Source: Balanoglossus misakiensis
Taxonomy: Eukaryota; Animalia; Hemichordata
DNA: 64,000 bases
Direction: 5' to 3'
NCBI GenBank assembly: GCA_040954595.2
Contig: CM082579.2
Location: 9,971,625-10,035,624, forward strand
The position numbers and the translations under genes are program-made. Below, one piece after another: positions 48,050-62,320 of the stretch. Below the pieces are notes generated by a model, which was not told the origin of the DNA, ran no database searches, and saw only the letters and a list, made by a program, of their open reading frames with translations. How positions within the stretch are numbered: position 1 is the stretch's first letter; every line of letters begins with the position of its first letter.

Positions 48050-51000
48050 ACAGGCCATATCAGGCTAAAGTCAAGTCGAGCCAACGTGCAGAATCATACA
48101 AAATTCACAAATGAATGTTTGAATATCCTCAATCCAGGTAGATGACTACACAAAATAGTGTCACTTTCCTGATATATATTGTTTATCAATGAATGTTAAA
48201 AACAGATATAGAGAGAAAACAGTGTGTTCCCAACTTCCCATGCTACTTTTCTTTTAGTTAGGGTGTCTTCAATATTGTGAAAAAATGTTAAATCATCACT
48301 TTACCCGCACTCCTAATGCTATAATTTTCCTATGGTGAACATTTTTGACGACTTCTATCAAGAAATAAATCGCGGTGACTTAATGTTTTCTTTATATAAT
48401 TCAATAATTCCTTCTTTTGGTACCCCTTGCGAAATTTTGTAAACAAATGCCAATATTATTGCAACACTGTTTTCTCAGCTTCTCGCATCTCAACTGGTAG
48501 AACTTTAATGCAGAGGTTTTGTTCAACCGCAAACTTCAAAATTAATTGCCTTCATAATTGATAACTCGAAGTTAACATAAGTGCGACCCTGTTATCAGTA
48601 ATAAAGATAGTCACTTTGTCCGAGTGAAACATACTTTCTGGGGGAAGAGAAGATGTGTTAGTCAGATATTCAAAACGTACGAAATACCACTCCCGAGTTA
48701 CATGAAGGAAGGTTTTCGTGTTTCACATTCTAATGGAATTAGCAATCACAGCTACACATAAACTTGGCAAAAGTGAAATTAGAGATAATACTTCAAAATG
48801 TGCCATGGTCCAGAAATTTAAAACATCGATACGTGTTCGGATTGCTTTTGCATGTTGATCTTCTGACTGTCTGTGGTTGTTTTTCGTGCGTACTTTGGTG
48901 TGTGTGTGTGCATCTTGCTCTCTTTTACAATTATTCATGAGCATTTCTAGTTCTTGATCATCATTCATTCGAAACAAAGTTTTCTTTCTTTCTTTATTTA
49001 CTTAGTAGAATGGACTGGGTTGATGAACTGACCATGTTTACCGAACCTGTGAATGCTATGTAATATATATATATATATTGAATGTTAAAGTATATTAAAC
49101 CTAGTAACAAAATAACGCTATACTTAAAAAAATCATGTGCAATAATGATTTCCTTTCAAATAAAGTACATGTAGTATAATTTAGAGATTTAATTTTTGGA
49201 CAGTATTTGTGAACTATGTAAAATTGAATTCTGACCTTTGGGTTTTATTCTAAATTAGGAAGTGATGTAGTGACATATACATGTATAACCTCTGTAACTT
49301 GGCTATATTGGATTACATGTATACTATTCGTATTTTCATGGCTATACCGTTGCACCAGGCAATGGCACATTACCTGTTATATTGCCTATATGATGGAATA
49401 AACCAGATAGACCAGTGTTTAGCCATGCAGGTGTCGTCTTCTATATGTATGTGTTTCCTCGCCTTGGGTACTAGTTTTATTTTGTTCAATAGACACAGCA
49501 GCATTAATCGATATACAATGCAACAAATGCTAAAAAAAGTACATAAATAGTAATACATATCAATTGGCTTCCGGCTGGTATGCAGAATTAGAACGTACTC
49601 ATGTCACAACAATGAATGTTATTCCGCTAAGTGCGATATCTCGAGATAAGAGACTTGTTTAATTATCGTAGCAAAAATAAAAGCTTTGAAGCCGAGAAAT
49701 ACAAGACTTATTCAACCTTTAGAAAAGGTGCAGAGTTTAACCAAAATTGTAATGCCTGAGCCGTTTAACGCGGTCGGCCATGTCTTTTTGTTCTGTCAAA
49801 CATGGGTGTGAATAAGCTGCCTAGCTATATAGGCACGCTAGTGCACGGAAGTGTTTTTGCCTGCCTATTGAACTTTTTCGGTGAAAAAGCAAATGCATGC
49901 GATCGTCTCCATAGGTCCACAAATAACTACATGTACTGTAAAGGTCCCATTAAACAATTCTAGCAAAGAAGAGATATAAGGGCCTAGGGAGGGTGATATT
50001 GTGCACACGTCGACCGCCAACGTTTATCCTTGAAGGGAGTCGCGACGCTCAAACACACGGCGGCCCTTGGCAACTACCTGCCATTTTGATCCATTTTTGG
50101 ATGTCGATGATAGTAGCAAACGAACAGGCTCGATCACTTAAATTAATGGTTTCTGTCTCTGACATGATTGCCTACCGGAAAATGTCAACTCTGAAACGAA
50201 GATATACCTACGGGCAGTCAATTTCCTAAATCGAGGAAATGCGATTCCTCAGAACACCAGGTGAAGGAACGACCGACGTCTTTGAATCAGGTGCGGGTAC
50301 GTATCTAATTCTCATGTAGACAAGTTCCCCTAGGACAATTTGTAAATATATGAACATAGCTCCATTTGTTTAATTACTTTTTTGAAAACATCAATGTGAA
50401 GCAACAATAATCAAACACGTATAGAACAGGAGAAACGCTAGTCTCGGTTACCTAGACCCCCCTGTTGGGCACTCCAGAAAGAGGGTCTGGGGAAACGCCA
50501 TAGACAAATCTCCAGGCAAAAATGGCCGACCTGAGACAAAAGCGATGCATGATGGTCGATATTTGTAACATTTGATATTACGATATGACGATATTAGAAA
50601 ACTACTAGAGTGTACAGCTTAGATACATGTATTGTCAGAATATAGCACAGTTAATCATTTAATGGTCTCTTTTCACAGATAAGAGGGGAAAATCCATTAT
50701 GTTACTAGATGTATAATATTACGTTAGCTGCTTCAAGATTGACCTGCCACCATCAAAATATCGGTATACGCCTACACCGCATTACCGTCAGGATAATAGT
50801 ATATATACAATAATAATAATGAGTATCCCCATCACGTCGGTATAAGAACAGTATACAATATCAGCAGAAAACGTGACGTTCCCTGTTGGGTTCCAGTAGA
50901 TTTCATTGGATAATCGCTCAGGGCATTCCTGCCAAGGGAAATTATAATAAATTACTACAATGGGAATTAGAAACTAAACGTTCAGAAATGTAATTGAAAC

Positions 51001-51326
51001 AATTACATATGTTTCGAAAATGAATTGTACGTGTTACCGTAAAGTCACTCCTATATACCGATTGGGTTATTTCTTCACCTTCCGTTTTTCAAAAGTAAGG
51101 AAATCATTTTCTGGGACATACGATACAACTGAGACGATAGATGGAGAAGGGGGAATATAAATAATTCTACAAGATTCCAGATTATACGATTCACTATTAA
51201 ATAAGTTACTTGCATTTCCGTGCTGGTCATTACATATATGTCATTGGAATAAAATGTGACCGTTCCGTTTAAACACTCACTGGCCCTTTCACCAGCAAGT
51301 TTTGACCCCTGTGAAGTTAGAAAAAA

Positions 51327-51410
<84 letters not shown>

Positions 51411-51420
51411 GATGATGATG
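51327..51420. repeat. (ATG)n microsatellite
   Basis: Direct reading; explains the poly-His ORF at 51075-51599. Confidence 0.95.
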
Positions 51421-52315
51421 GCTATTAATATTCGTGAACATACAATTTGGTTACACTGAGAAAATATTCGTGGAAAATAGACCAGCTTCACATAATGATT
51501 ATAGGCCAATAACCTATAGCCAGACAGTGTGAACATGGTATGCCGATACAGTCTTCGCAACAGGCAACATTTCCCTACCACTTTTCGGATGCTGCGCATC
51601 CTCTATAAAAGCACGATTATAATCATTATTATAATCGCATTTATAGACATGCTTCTTAGTAATCAAGTTTTACAGTTTTCTCTTACCCGACAGGGAGGTT
51701 TACGGCACTTTAAGTATCTGGGGGGAGACACTTCATGGAAGAGCACCTTCATTTTTCCCGCCTTGACAATATTTGCATTTTCCTTTAGGGGGAGTCAATT
51801 CTAGGAACAGCCTTTTCAATTTTACAGCCTTGACTACAAGACAACGAACGGGTTCATCTCCTCGTTTTGCTGTTTTATTGAGGCAGGCAACTGGCGAGGA
51901 AATTTCCATCATCGTTACACATTGTTAACTTTGCAATAAAGGGTCAATATCTCTTGGCCATTTTTCGCCAATTCTGGTTGTGTCGTGTTTTTGTATCTCC
52001 CACAAACAGAGCAAAATGACCAGTACAGGTCTATTCTGGTGCAGGGATATAAAATAGATGTTACGTCTTTTTATGCTTAATATCTCATACCAAAATTATT
52101 ATACACCAAAAAATTGCACCCGTTTCAAAGCCTACTCTCAAAATCGGATTCACATAAAATTGGACACTTGCAAAACATACTTCCTACATAACTCTAAGTT
52201 GCATAAATGCGAAGCGACTGTTAAGATGTCTGCCAGTTTTGCAGACGCCGACGGCAGATTATGACCTTGAATTAAAACGACTGGGGATATCCACGTGAGA
52301 AAGCTATTTTCTCCC

Positions 52316-52388
52316 TAGCTGCAATTATTGTAGCCTTGGGGGCCGTCAGCGATCAACCAACCCACCAAGGCTACAATAATTGCAGCTA
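52316..52388. mobile_element. Tiny hairpin MITE with 24-bp TIR and probable 8-9 bp TSD
   Basis: TAGCTGCAATTATTGTAGCCTTGG ... CCAAGGCTACAATAATTGCAGCTA, flanked by TTTTCTCCC (left) and CTTTCTCCC (right). Confidence 0.65.
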
Positions 52389-52773
52389 CTTTCTCCCTGG
52401 AGACACCCTTTCCCACCGGTTACGTTTCAGCAAAAAACTGGTAAAGTTTAATCTAAATGTCACGAACTATAAACGAGTGATATTTCACGGTAAACTTAAC
52501 GGGGAGTAAGCGATACGGCCTTGGCCGTATGATGCACACGCTTTTTCTTAAAAACATCGCCTGAGAACCCAATAGGCAAAATGCAGATATGAGTGAACAA
52601 CTGTCAGTTCCCTTGTGCTCACGTAATCTTGCTAGATGCTTACAAGGTTTGCTGTTTGCAGTTTGTCCCTCGCCACGTTCACGGTTCGAAACGTCTTAGT
52701 TGGTACTATGTATTCTCCAACAACCTTGTAAATAGGGTTTATTTTGACCGGCGCTTCGCTGTTCACAATGTCG

Positions 52774-54379
52774 GGTAGGCTCATTAGTTCGTCAAAGCAC
52801 GCAACATCTTGATTGACGACGATGTTGATTACAGAATCATTTTGATGTTACTTGAGCCATACATCCATTCCCTTGAATGGTATGGATGTTTCATACTACA
52901 CATCACAATGACAAAAATGGCTGGTGTAGCTAACAACCAATTCATAGTCTTAGCTCTCTGTAGAATCAAGTTTAATAGCGGTTGATTGTCATTATTCGTA
53001 TACTTTTGACATTAACAAAAACGCGGTATCGCTTACAGAACGCTAAATTAAAGGAAAAAAGAAAGCACAGACTAGATTCAAGAGTCGTCGATGTGCCGCT
53101 GTGGCATTTTCATTAAACGACTGACCTATTTCATTGAAGTAAGCGCCAAAAGTTACCAGAAGACAATTTTGGCGTCGTTTGCGACTGATAATTTCACGAG
53201 ATTATGGGGCAACTGCGCTTGCATCTCCCAGAGTATTGCGTGACGCCATCTTCCGATACACACTGTACTGGACGCGCGCGTTTGGTCTTCCTTATTTTTA
53301 TTTTGGCAGAATAAAATTGTTGAACTTTTAAACAAAGCAGCAGGTTCGACAGTGACAACATATTATATGTGAATAACTTCACAATTTTTATTAATATCTT
53401 AAACTTAAAATGTTTCGTTTCAAAAGAGGTGTCATCCCTATACCGAATGGACCCGTTATTTACATTCCATTTTTCACAAATAAGACAATTATTTCCGGGA
53501 CCTACGGTATGATAAGTTTTCATGGGTAAGGCAGGACTGACACGAAACCTCTTCCCATATAGATCCGAGTTCAGCGAAACTGGTGAAGATTTATCTAAAT
53601 GTCAGATTTTCTCGTTAAACTATATAAGTATAGATTATTGCATGAGTAACGATGCATTGCGCTTGATATCACTTGTGGTCATCCGTTTGTGAAATTCACG
53701 TGGCCGCAGGCCGAGTGAATTTTACAAACGGTAAGCCCATTTAGTTCGTCAAAGCACGCAACTTCTTGATTGCCGATAATGTTGATTGTAGAATCATCGA
53801 ATATGTCATGTTACTTGATCCACATATCCATTCCCTTGAATGGTATGGATACTTGATACTACACATCCAATGCTAACAGCCAATTCATAGTCTTACCTCT
53901 CTGTCTAGATAGAATGAAGTTTAATAGCGATTGATTGTCGTCACTCATACCTTAGGCATTAACAAAACCGCAGTATCTCTGACAGGACGCTAAATTACAG
54001 GGAGAAGGAGAAAGTATACCGTCACAAACTGGGTTCAAGATTCGTCACTTTGCCGCTGTGATAGTTTATTTCAACAACTGCCCCCATGATATTGAAGTAA
54101 GCGTCAACTGTTACCGGAATACAGCCTTGGCGTGTTTTGAGATTATGTGGCAAGTATAGGATTGTATCTCCCATGCAGAGTCACCATAATATCCGATACA
54201 CAACTTGACGCGCGCGATTGGTCTTCCGTATTTTTATGTTTGCAGAATAAAATGGCTGAACTTTAAACCAAAGCAGCAGGTTCGACGGTGACTTAAACCG
54301 CCGTGTGCGAACAACATACTATGTGAATACTTTCACGTTTATTCATCCTTAACTCAAAATATTTCGTTTCAAAAGAGGT
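52774..54379. repeat. Diverged ~650-bp direct duplication (52774-53430 and 53730-54379)
   Basis: Shared collinear blocks: TTAGTTCGTCAAAGCACGCAAC, TCCATTCCCTTGAATGGTATGGAT, TGCCGCTGTG, ATTGAAGTAAGCG, GACGCGCGCG, CAAAGCAGCAGGTTCGAC, TTTCGTTTCAAAAGAGGT. Confidence 0.85.
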
Positions 54380-55876
54380 TTGATGATGGCATTACCATGT
54401 GCGTTAACAGATATAGAGTAAAGGTGGATCATAACTTTACTTTAATTTCTAAATTACCGATTGGGTTACGTGTACTTACCGCTTGATCTTCGTACTAGTT
54501 TGCCGATAAAATTTCTGCAGTCAAACGGCAGCCACTGTAAAGTTGTATTTTATTTACGGAGAGTATGGTGATCATCTGTTTCTATGATATGTCCTAAATA
54601 TATGGCACGCTGAAAATAGGTAAGTGACAAAGAAAATACCGCGGGGATATATTGAATCTATGTTCTGGTGTTTTACGTATCGTCACTGGAAGTCTAGGCG
54701 AATGGCTTTGTACCACAATTAATCGATTAGGGACCTTACAACAAATTGACCAAACGAAATAATTCGTTTTTCTTTTCCAGAAACAAATAGTAACGTCAAA
54801 AACTTCCATGCATTACAGAGAATAGTATGGTCAACGTGAAATGCACGGAGTCAAGTCTTCGTTACAGACTGGCGCATATTTTGCTTCTTGTGCTAATGAA
54901 TGCATCAAAGAGATATCAAGTTATATATTCAAAACTTCATGTTAAAACCGTGGATAGCACGTTTCTGATGGGTACTAATAGATGTATATTGGTCCGATGT
55001 TAACTATTTTAAGCAAAAAAGAAAAGAAAAAGAAAAAAAAGAAAATGGTTTTGTTAGCTACTTTGTAAATTAAAACCGAGAAACAGCCCTCATCATATCC
55101 CTAGAAAATTCGAACTGCTTTTGTATAAGGGGACACTTAAAGGTTGGAAGTTTACGAAGACAAAATAACAAGTGGCTTTGTTTTATTCAGTTAAAAGGGG
55201 CAGAATGTTCATGTCGCTATTAAGAGATTGTGCGGCAGACCGGATGGTTATTTCGGTGAAAAAAGAATCCACAGGACTACGAGGCCAAACGTCCTGCTGC
55301 GACACGATGGATCGAGGCTCTCGCACTACAATATATATTAAACATCTTACAATACGAATATAGATCCCTCATCCGTTTAATAGTAGAACATTTTATTTTT
55401 AATTTGCAGAACATTTAGACCTCTTTTATTAAAGCACATGTCATCCATTTTGAAACTCAACTGATGTTAGGGACATTGTAGCAGTGCAACTAAAATATCA
55501 AAGAAATGCATATTAATTATCAATTATCTTATATGCTTTCCAGGGATAAATAAATAATTAAATCGAAATGTGATGTGCAAAAAAACGTATTATTTGACAC
55601 GTCGGTGACGTGGTACGTTGAGGAAAATTACAAAAAAAATCAATATTTATAGCTAAATCAGGAATATAAAACGTGGAATTGGAGCCCTTAACATAAAAAA
55701 TCCCAGTTAAATTTACACTTTTATATATATTACTTTTTATCCAAATCCGTGAATATAAAGTGTGGAATTTGTTCCCAAATCATCCCAGTGAAAATTAATG
55801 TATTTGCAGAAACCGAATTAATGATTAGCAAATTTATGTAGCGCAGAAACTCATGAGTATACGTCTGGCAATAAAA

Positions 55877-58646
55877 CTATTCCTTTTTGATGATTATAGC
55901 CCGGAGATCGTTCTTGAAGACCAGCTTTCCATCTCTAACTACAGAACACTGATCGCCTTTTATGTAGTTCAGCAGCTCGTTCAGCAGCTCGTCTGCACCG
56001 GTCGCCAGGACATCCTCCGTCTCGGTTATCATGTCAAGAAGCACGCCTCCTACGGGCGACTTCTTGAAGCATTCGTCGAGGTATGCTGAAGACGACAGTT
56101 TGCTGGTTGAGTACACAATGCCGTTTCTCTGCAGGATTTCACCAATGTCTTCGGCGGTAGTCATGTTATGGTAGTAGATCGGAAACTGTGTGAACGCTTT
56201 GTTGAACCTGTTCCAGGTATCTGTGAACACAAAATGACATGGTTATGAAAACTACACCACTATACAAAACTTGGACAATCTAATGCAACAAGACTTGCTT
56301 CAAAATGACATCAAATCAAGTGACAAGAGAAAGAAAGGTCTGCCATTTACAGTGAAACCACTCACAGGTCACATAAACACATACGACGTGCATTTAGGTT
56401 CTTTCTCGATAATTGAAATGTATCGATTGACATACTGCCACATGTCCATACAGTTGATGGACATCGAACGACATCGAATCAGGTGAGTGAAAAGTGAAAG
56501 CCAAAAGATACCCCGTCCATATGCAGTTATCTTATTGGGAATCCGGCCGAGGTTCCAGTGTAGAAATATGTTTATAAAGTTTAGCACTCATTTTGCCTGA
56601 TGTATAATGTGTCGTTTTCGGACTGAGTGGAACGGTCATAGACTATCTTACTCGATTTGGCGGGAGTCTGGGCAGCAAATAACCGATATACCCTGCGCTA
56701 TCGCGTGTAATATAGGCATTTGTGCAATAATTAGTGAAGCTAGTTTGTGATTGGATAGATGAATTTGTAGAAATAGCATATGATTCTGGTAACTCACAGC
56801 CCCTCGGGGGTAATAAACGGCTGCTATGACACTCATGGCCAAGCTATAGGTGTCCAATAGAGTATGATGCGGTGCTATTGAGAAAGAAAATGTTTGTTCA
56901 CGGATCTGTCTGTGTGTCTGTATGTCTATGTCAACACGTATGCATACGTGTCTGTGTCGTGTCTAATCCATCCATCCATCCTGTCATCAACTGTAATGTA
57001 TAGTGTTATTGTAACGTGTACTGTTGTGTTGTGTTGTGTAATGCACTCTACTGTACTGGGATGTTATCAACGAGTGCCACTCACCGGAAACTAAAACAAT
57101 AGTCAGACACCCGTTCGGTTTCAGATAGTTCTTATAAAAATCTAGAATAGTTTCTTCAATATCGTCTACAAAATATATCATCTGGATCATATGAATTAAA
57201 TCAAACTTTGGTGTCCCGTTTGACCATGAACTCTGCAAATTGAAAAAAGGAAAATGTGTGCAGAACATGTAATAAAACATATCACAGAAATATTGGAATA
57301 TGGAAGCAACATGTGCGGTTAAAGGTCCGACAAAAACCATGCGGATGTTCGCTCTATAGGACTGGACAGAGATTACAGCCTTACATGGGTGTTTTTTTTT
57401 CGAAACAGGAGAGTGAGAATATTCGCATTCGTAGTCTTGTAAATGCTGATTCTTTTTGTTTTTCGCCCTTTTGGGTTTATTTTGTGCAGATAAGTGTCTT
57501 TAATTTTTATATTTTTATATCCGGGTTTATATGGTCCTGAATGAAAGGATAATGTTTCATCATAATCTCGGACGCCGCGCCGTCAATCGCATACGTATTC
57601 CTTGGCCAGATGCTGCGTATACCGAGTTCCAAGACGTGGCTATAGCTCTTCAGGCACACTGGAATTTAATTTTTGCCAACGGCCAATAATCGTTCTGTGC
57701 CACAATACGTTAAATTGGATTAACGATAAGGTGTTCAGTAATTCTACAATTAATGAGTTACAAGCGTCTACAATTTATCACACGTTCCATGGTAAACCGT
57801 TAAATGCCAGTCACGTTACTCACAAGCCTACACCGTATAGGATTGTCAACTAACCCGATATTCTTCTGATTTTTGCGGATACCATTTGAAATCTACGCAC
57901 TCAAATTCTCCCTCGGATTTGACGCTTTTCTTGTAAAGATCGAGCGCTTGTACGTCTGGTTCCACCGCCGTGTGTTGGATCTTTTTCGATTTCTTCTGAA
58001 ACGCCCTGAGGATACGGGTGTCAATTTCACCTGCAATTATAAAAAAATAAAACTGAACAAAATTTGAAATTGGAATGAATTGATTTTTCAGCCATAATGT
58101 GCGAAAGTTCAGTTCAGGAAACACTCGCTGCCATCGTGAATAAACTGCCGCAGAAAACACCACTGGTATGACGACCCAGATCACGTACATAGACCAAAGA
58201 CTGCTATCATAGTATGATACACTGTTACACAGAATAGAACAAGAGATGCGAAGGTAGAGTCTGCGCTTATAATTCTGTTGAAAAAATAACTGCACAGATA
58301 GAGGCCTAGGCCTATATAGTGTAAGGCTCTAACGAGGAATAACGTGGAATTATGGTAATACTGGAGACTACTAATCCGGGTTGCCTGAAAACATAATAAT
58401 GCTCATTGCATTTATAGAAATGTGGAGAGCATGAAATACAAAGACTGTTCTCGTATGAAACTTGCCTGAACCGCTTCCCACGCCGAGGATTTCAATTGCT
58501 CCGTTACCATCTGGAGTCACCTGATCAAACAGGACACTGTCCACCCATTTGCCGATTGTCTCGTGCTCATCCGAGTGGCGCAAAAACGACTTCCAAGCCA
58601 TTTGCATGTACTGAGGGTTCTGGTATATGCTCTTCATTTCGGACAT
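55877..58646 (-). CDS. HNMT: Histamine N-methyltransferase-like class I SAM-dependent methyltransferase (~282 aa)
   Basis: Exons 58466-58646, 57855-58030, 57085-57232, 55877-56220. Sum is 849 nt, in frame. Motifs SFLRHSDEH, ILGVGSGSGEID, AVEPD, FKWYPQKSEEY, KFDLIHMIQMIYFVDDIEETI and LKPNGCLTIVLVS match the HNMT family pattern. Intron 1 uses a GC donor. One-to-one orthology and substrate are not established. Confidence 0.88.
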
Positions 58647-61600
58647 CTCGCTATGGCTGTAATCACCGTGCGATATTCGAACAGGTACTGTATGGACGCT
58701 CACTGTTTGGTATCAACACGGCCAATGAAAAAGTCCTTGCTACACACACGTCTGGTTCACTGCATATAACGCATGCGCAGGTATAGCGTGTATAATAATA
58801 CTTGTGCATGTACCAGGCTGGAAGTTGTTCTCTTAATTAAACACCCACCTATTTATTTTTGTTTCCGCTCTTTCAAATTTTACTTTGGAGTCATAACCGG
58901 TAAATATATCGGAGCCATGAAAGACAATCTATAGCACGTGCAACACACTTCCATAGTCAGTAATGTACTCTCCTAAAAAATATAAATAGATTCTAGAGAA
59001 ACGACATCCCAAATTAATGAGAGGGACATTGCTATCATTTACGAGTCTATCAAGCCATATATTTACCACGCTCCTACCCCCATATTTTTTCTAAATGTTA
59101 TTTCGGGTACCATTTCCAGTATGGATACATTCTGAACACTTGACTTGTATTCATCCATGTTGTATTTTTTAGCCTTTCTGTTTAAATAGTGCATCGATTT
59201 TCAGGACTGAATTCTTGGCTCACTCGTCAATTCTCCTGATGAGCGAGTGACACGCGAAACAACGTTGTAGAGATAAAATCGTTTTCTTCCAGCTGCTCAT
59301 ATGTTCTATTCCTTGAGCATCTAAACCGAGAAAAGGCTCGTGTGTATTTCATGTTACAATTTAGTGAGAGATATTCTCCGGTTATATCTAAGCCCCAATA
59401 GCAGACACTTGTAGCATATTTTAATTGATAGTATACTTCAATATGTTCCTTATCATTAATTGACAACTGACCCATTTTAAATGTGTGGATATTCTAACAC
59501 CCCGCATGCGCGGTAAACGATGGTAGTTGTAAACGCTTGCAATGGGCCAATGTACAAACGGGAGTGGTGCTGTGACCAAATTATTATTTTCTTGCTCATA
59601 TGTAAATCAACAGAACAGAAACAGTCGGGGGTTAATGATGTGTTTGTGTATACCCAGCAATAAGCTTATTTAATAGGACCATTCTAATTTTGAATATAAA
59701 ATAATGAAATATAATGCGAAAATTAGCAGCTATTGGGACTTTTACCTGTTGACACTAGCATAAGCGCGCAGTTTGTTCTCTTGGGTATTGAATTCCGTGC
59801 ACCCATTGTGAATCTCACGAAAGCGCAATTTTACGTATTTTCGTGGTAGAAGTGGAAACTGTCTCTATGGACTGACTTCCGTCCCAGATCGTGAGGTCGA
59901 ATAAGTTGATCAACTATGTTGCTAAATAAAGCAATTTGAATACTGGTAAAAACAATTTCACTGTTCAATTTTCTATCCGCTTTAAACAAAAAACATGATC
60001 GATGATAGAGCCACTCTGCCTGTCTGTAGAGACTAATCAAATGAAATAACAGTTCGGCAATCGGGCTTTAACCACAAATGCACTCGAACAGCCGCAAACA
60101 AAGAAGACCAAAATGGTCTGTAGTTCAGTAATCTTCAGTTGGCACTATTTGCACAACCACAAAGTTTACTCTTACCTGTTTCGGTTATGCGTCCGCAGTA
60201 GAGCAATAGCATCGACATAAGGACTAGTTGGCACATCTCAGTGTTTCATTCTGTTTCCACACGAAAGACAATTTCAACTGCTGGGCATACAGAGTATATA
60301 CTATAATTACATCAGTCAGTTGCTATGGGCACATCCAGGCGCTTTTATTGGATGTGTCAATGCACGTCACTCAATCGTAACCTGGGCGGTTGCGTATGAT
60401 AATTTGTATAATTACATTGCTCATATCATCTGATATTGTGCTTTGGTCTTCTCAGAACGATGACCACAAGTGGGATTTTATGTGATTGCATATCAAGAAA
60501 AATTGAATAAATCAACGGACTTCAAAGAAACTGGATTGTCATTTTTGCAAAAATGCTTTTTAGCAGCTAAATAAGATAAAATTGAAGGACAGTCCTTTGG
60601 ATGTGGTTTGGCCGAATGGTTCTTTGTCCGCAAATTGGTTTGGTAGGGAATCCCTTACTCTAGAAGTTGGTTTTCACAACTATTTTACCAAGTTTACATT
60701 CCCGAGATAGGCTGTTCAAATATCTTAATTTTCAGACTTAAAATCCCTTTTAGCATTAATATGAAACTTTGAATAAGGCAGGCGCGTAATTAACACACAT
60801 ATTTGCGAAGTTGTCATTTAATGAAATGGCTCCATAAAGTATACTGTCATTGGTATACTGTATATACCAATGACATATGCGAAAGTAGGTCAAAGGTCAT
60901 CCAGAAGTTGGGTTAATTTTTTGGGCCCAGATTGGACAAAAACGAGTCTTAGTGGTTAGCCTGGAATTAAATATGCATATGATATGAGCGATAAAGTAAG
61001 AGAAGCCGATACAGACATGGTTAATCTGAAAGAATTCTCATGCAAAAGTCGCCGCACATATCATATACATGTTCTTGTTCATCTCACCACTCCGAACTTT
61101 GAAACTTTTTTTGAGAAGTTTTTTTCCAAAGATTTTTATCATTTTTCAAAAACTAACATAGCCACCAAAGGAGTTTTACAATGAGCCAGAGGCTCATTGT
61201 ATGACTTCATGTTTAAATTTATAATGCAATTTCTAGTATACCTGATACTCTGTGTTTCTTTTCTACCGAATATACATTTTTCAAGGGATCTGAAGTGATA
61301 TTATCAGATAGTTAAATTGCTTTTATCAATTTTTAACTAAATTGAAATGAATGCAACAATTCCTTAATTTCTATCTCTGTCACGAAAGTTTTACTTCTTT
61401 TGTGTCATTGTATAAATATTTTATTTTCGGGCATTGTTATTGTGTGGCAGGTAAATTGAAAAGGCCATACCTATTGTCTCAGTTACAGGCTGTTCAGATA
61501 ATCGGGCAACTACGACTTCTGTGCCTCTAAGCATACATTTTGAAGCGACTGAACAATTTTCTCGGGTTGACTAGGGCATTATGTTCAATATTCAACACAG

Positions 61601-62320
61601 ATTTGATTCAATGGCCGGCGATAATAATTTCTCCTGAATGTGTGCATAGTCATTGAGTTTGAGCAAAGTCCACTTTAATGACAGTATTTTTCAACTGTCT
61701 GCGATGTCGTCTTAAAACTTTATGCAAGTTGTTCATACGATATTGTACGAACAGTTTCAACCTTAGAGGGCATTTGGTTCTTGAGAAGAAGATTTGCGAA
61801 GAATTTTGTCTTTTTGTAAAAAACAATATGGAAATGTTTAATATCTGCTTGCGTGAAGCAGTGTGTAATATGTTGTCTAAATTAATAATGCAATTTTCAG
61901 TATAGCTGCAGGTATTCTTGTTTGTTATCTCCCGATACGCAGTCTCCTTATTCTTCGGGTCAGAAGGTATAATGACATTGTCGGATAGTTAAATTGCTAC
62001 TATCAATAACTAACTAACGACAATTAAAAACAGCGGGAACTACGTCATCATTAATTTAAAAATACATTAATGAGAAGTCTCCTGCCCATCTCGTCCGTTG
62101 TATCAGAGCTTAAAGACAAACGACCGTGTTATCGATTCTCTAACAGTTTTATACTGCGACTTGGTTCCACATCTTATACATTTCGAAGGAAAACAGAGTT
62201 TCGATCGTCACGCTGAGTTGGCTCGAAACCATTTCTGGAATTTGGTGACTCGACTCGGGACGGACTCGCCCAGCTCCAACCACATCCATGATCGTTAATT
62301 GCATCAACTGTAGACTAATT

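Noticed and set aside
47656-48084. 142-aa antisense ORF over the GPCR 3' end
   Set aside because: A shadow frame of GC-rich coding sequence with no domain features.
51075-51599. 174-aa ORF with poly-His
   Set aside because: Arises from the (ATG)n microsatellite; flanks have no domain or splice support.
52788-52985. Kinase-like peptide FVKARNILIDDDVDYRII (ARNFLIADNVDCRIIEY in the second copy)
   Set aside because: No HRD, DFG or APE motifs, most differences between copies are non-synonymous, and stops follow. Probably chance, though blastx would settle it.
46868-58646. GPCR plus HNMT as a histamine receptor/inactivation module
   Set aside because: The receptor has Phe rather than the aminergic Asp at position 3.32 (counting from C3.25 in ESCRYFSTAF). 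Only proximity links the two genes.
60887-60899. AGGTCAAAGGTCA DR1 motif
   Set aside because: It sits in repeat-like AT-rich DNA >2 kb from any gene start, with nothing else supporting function.
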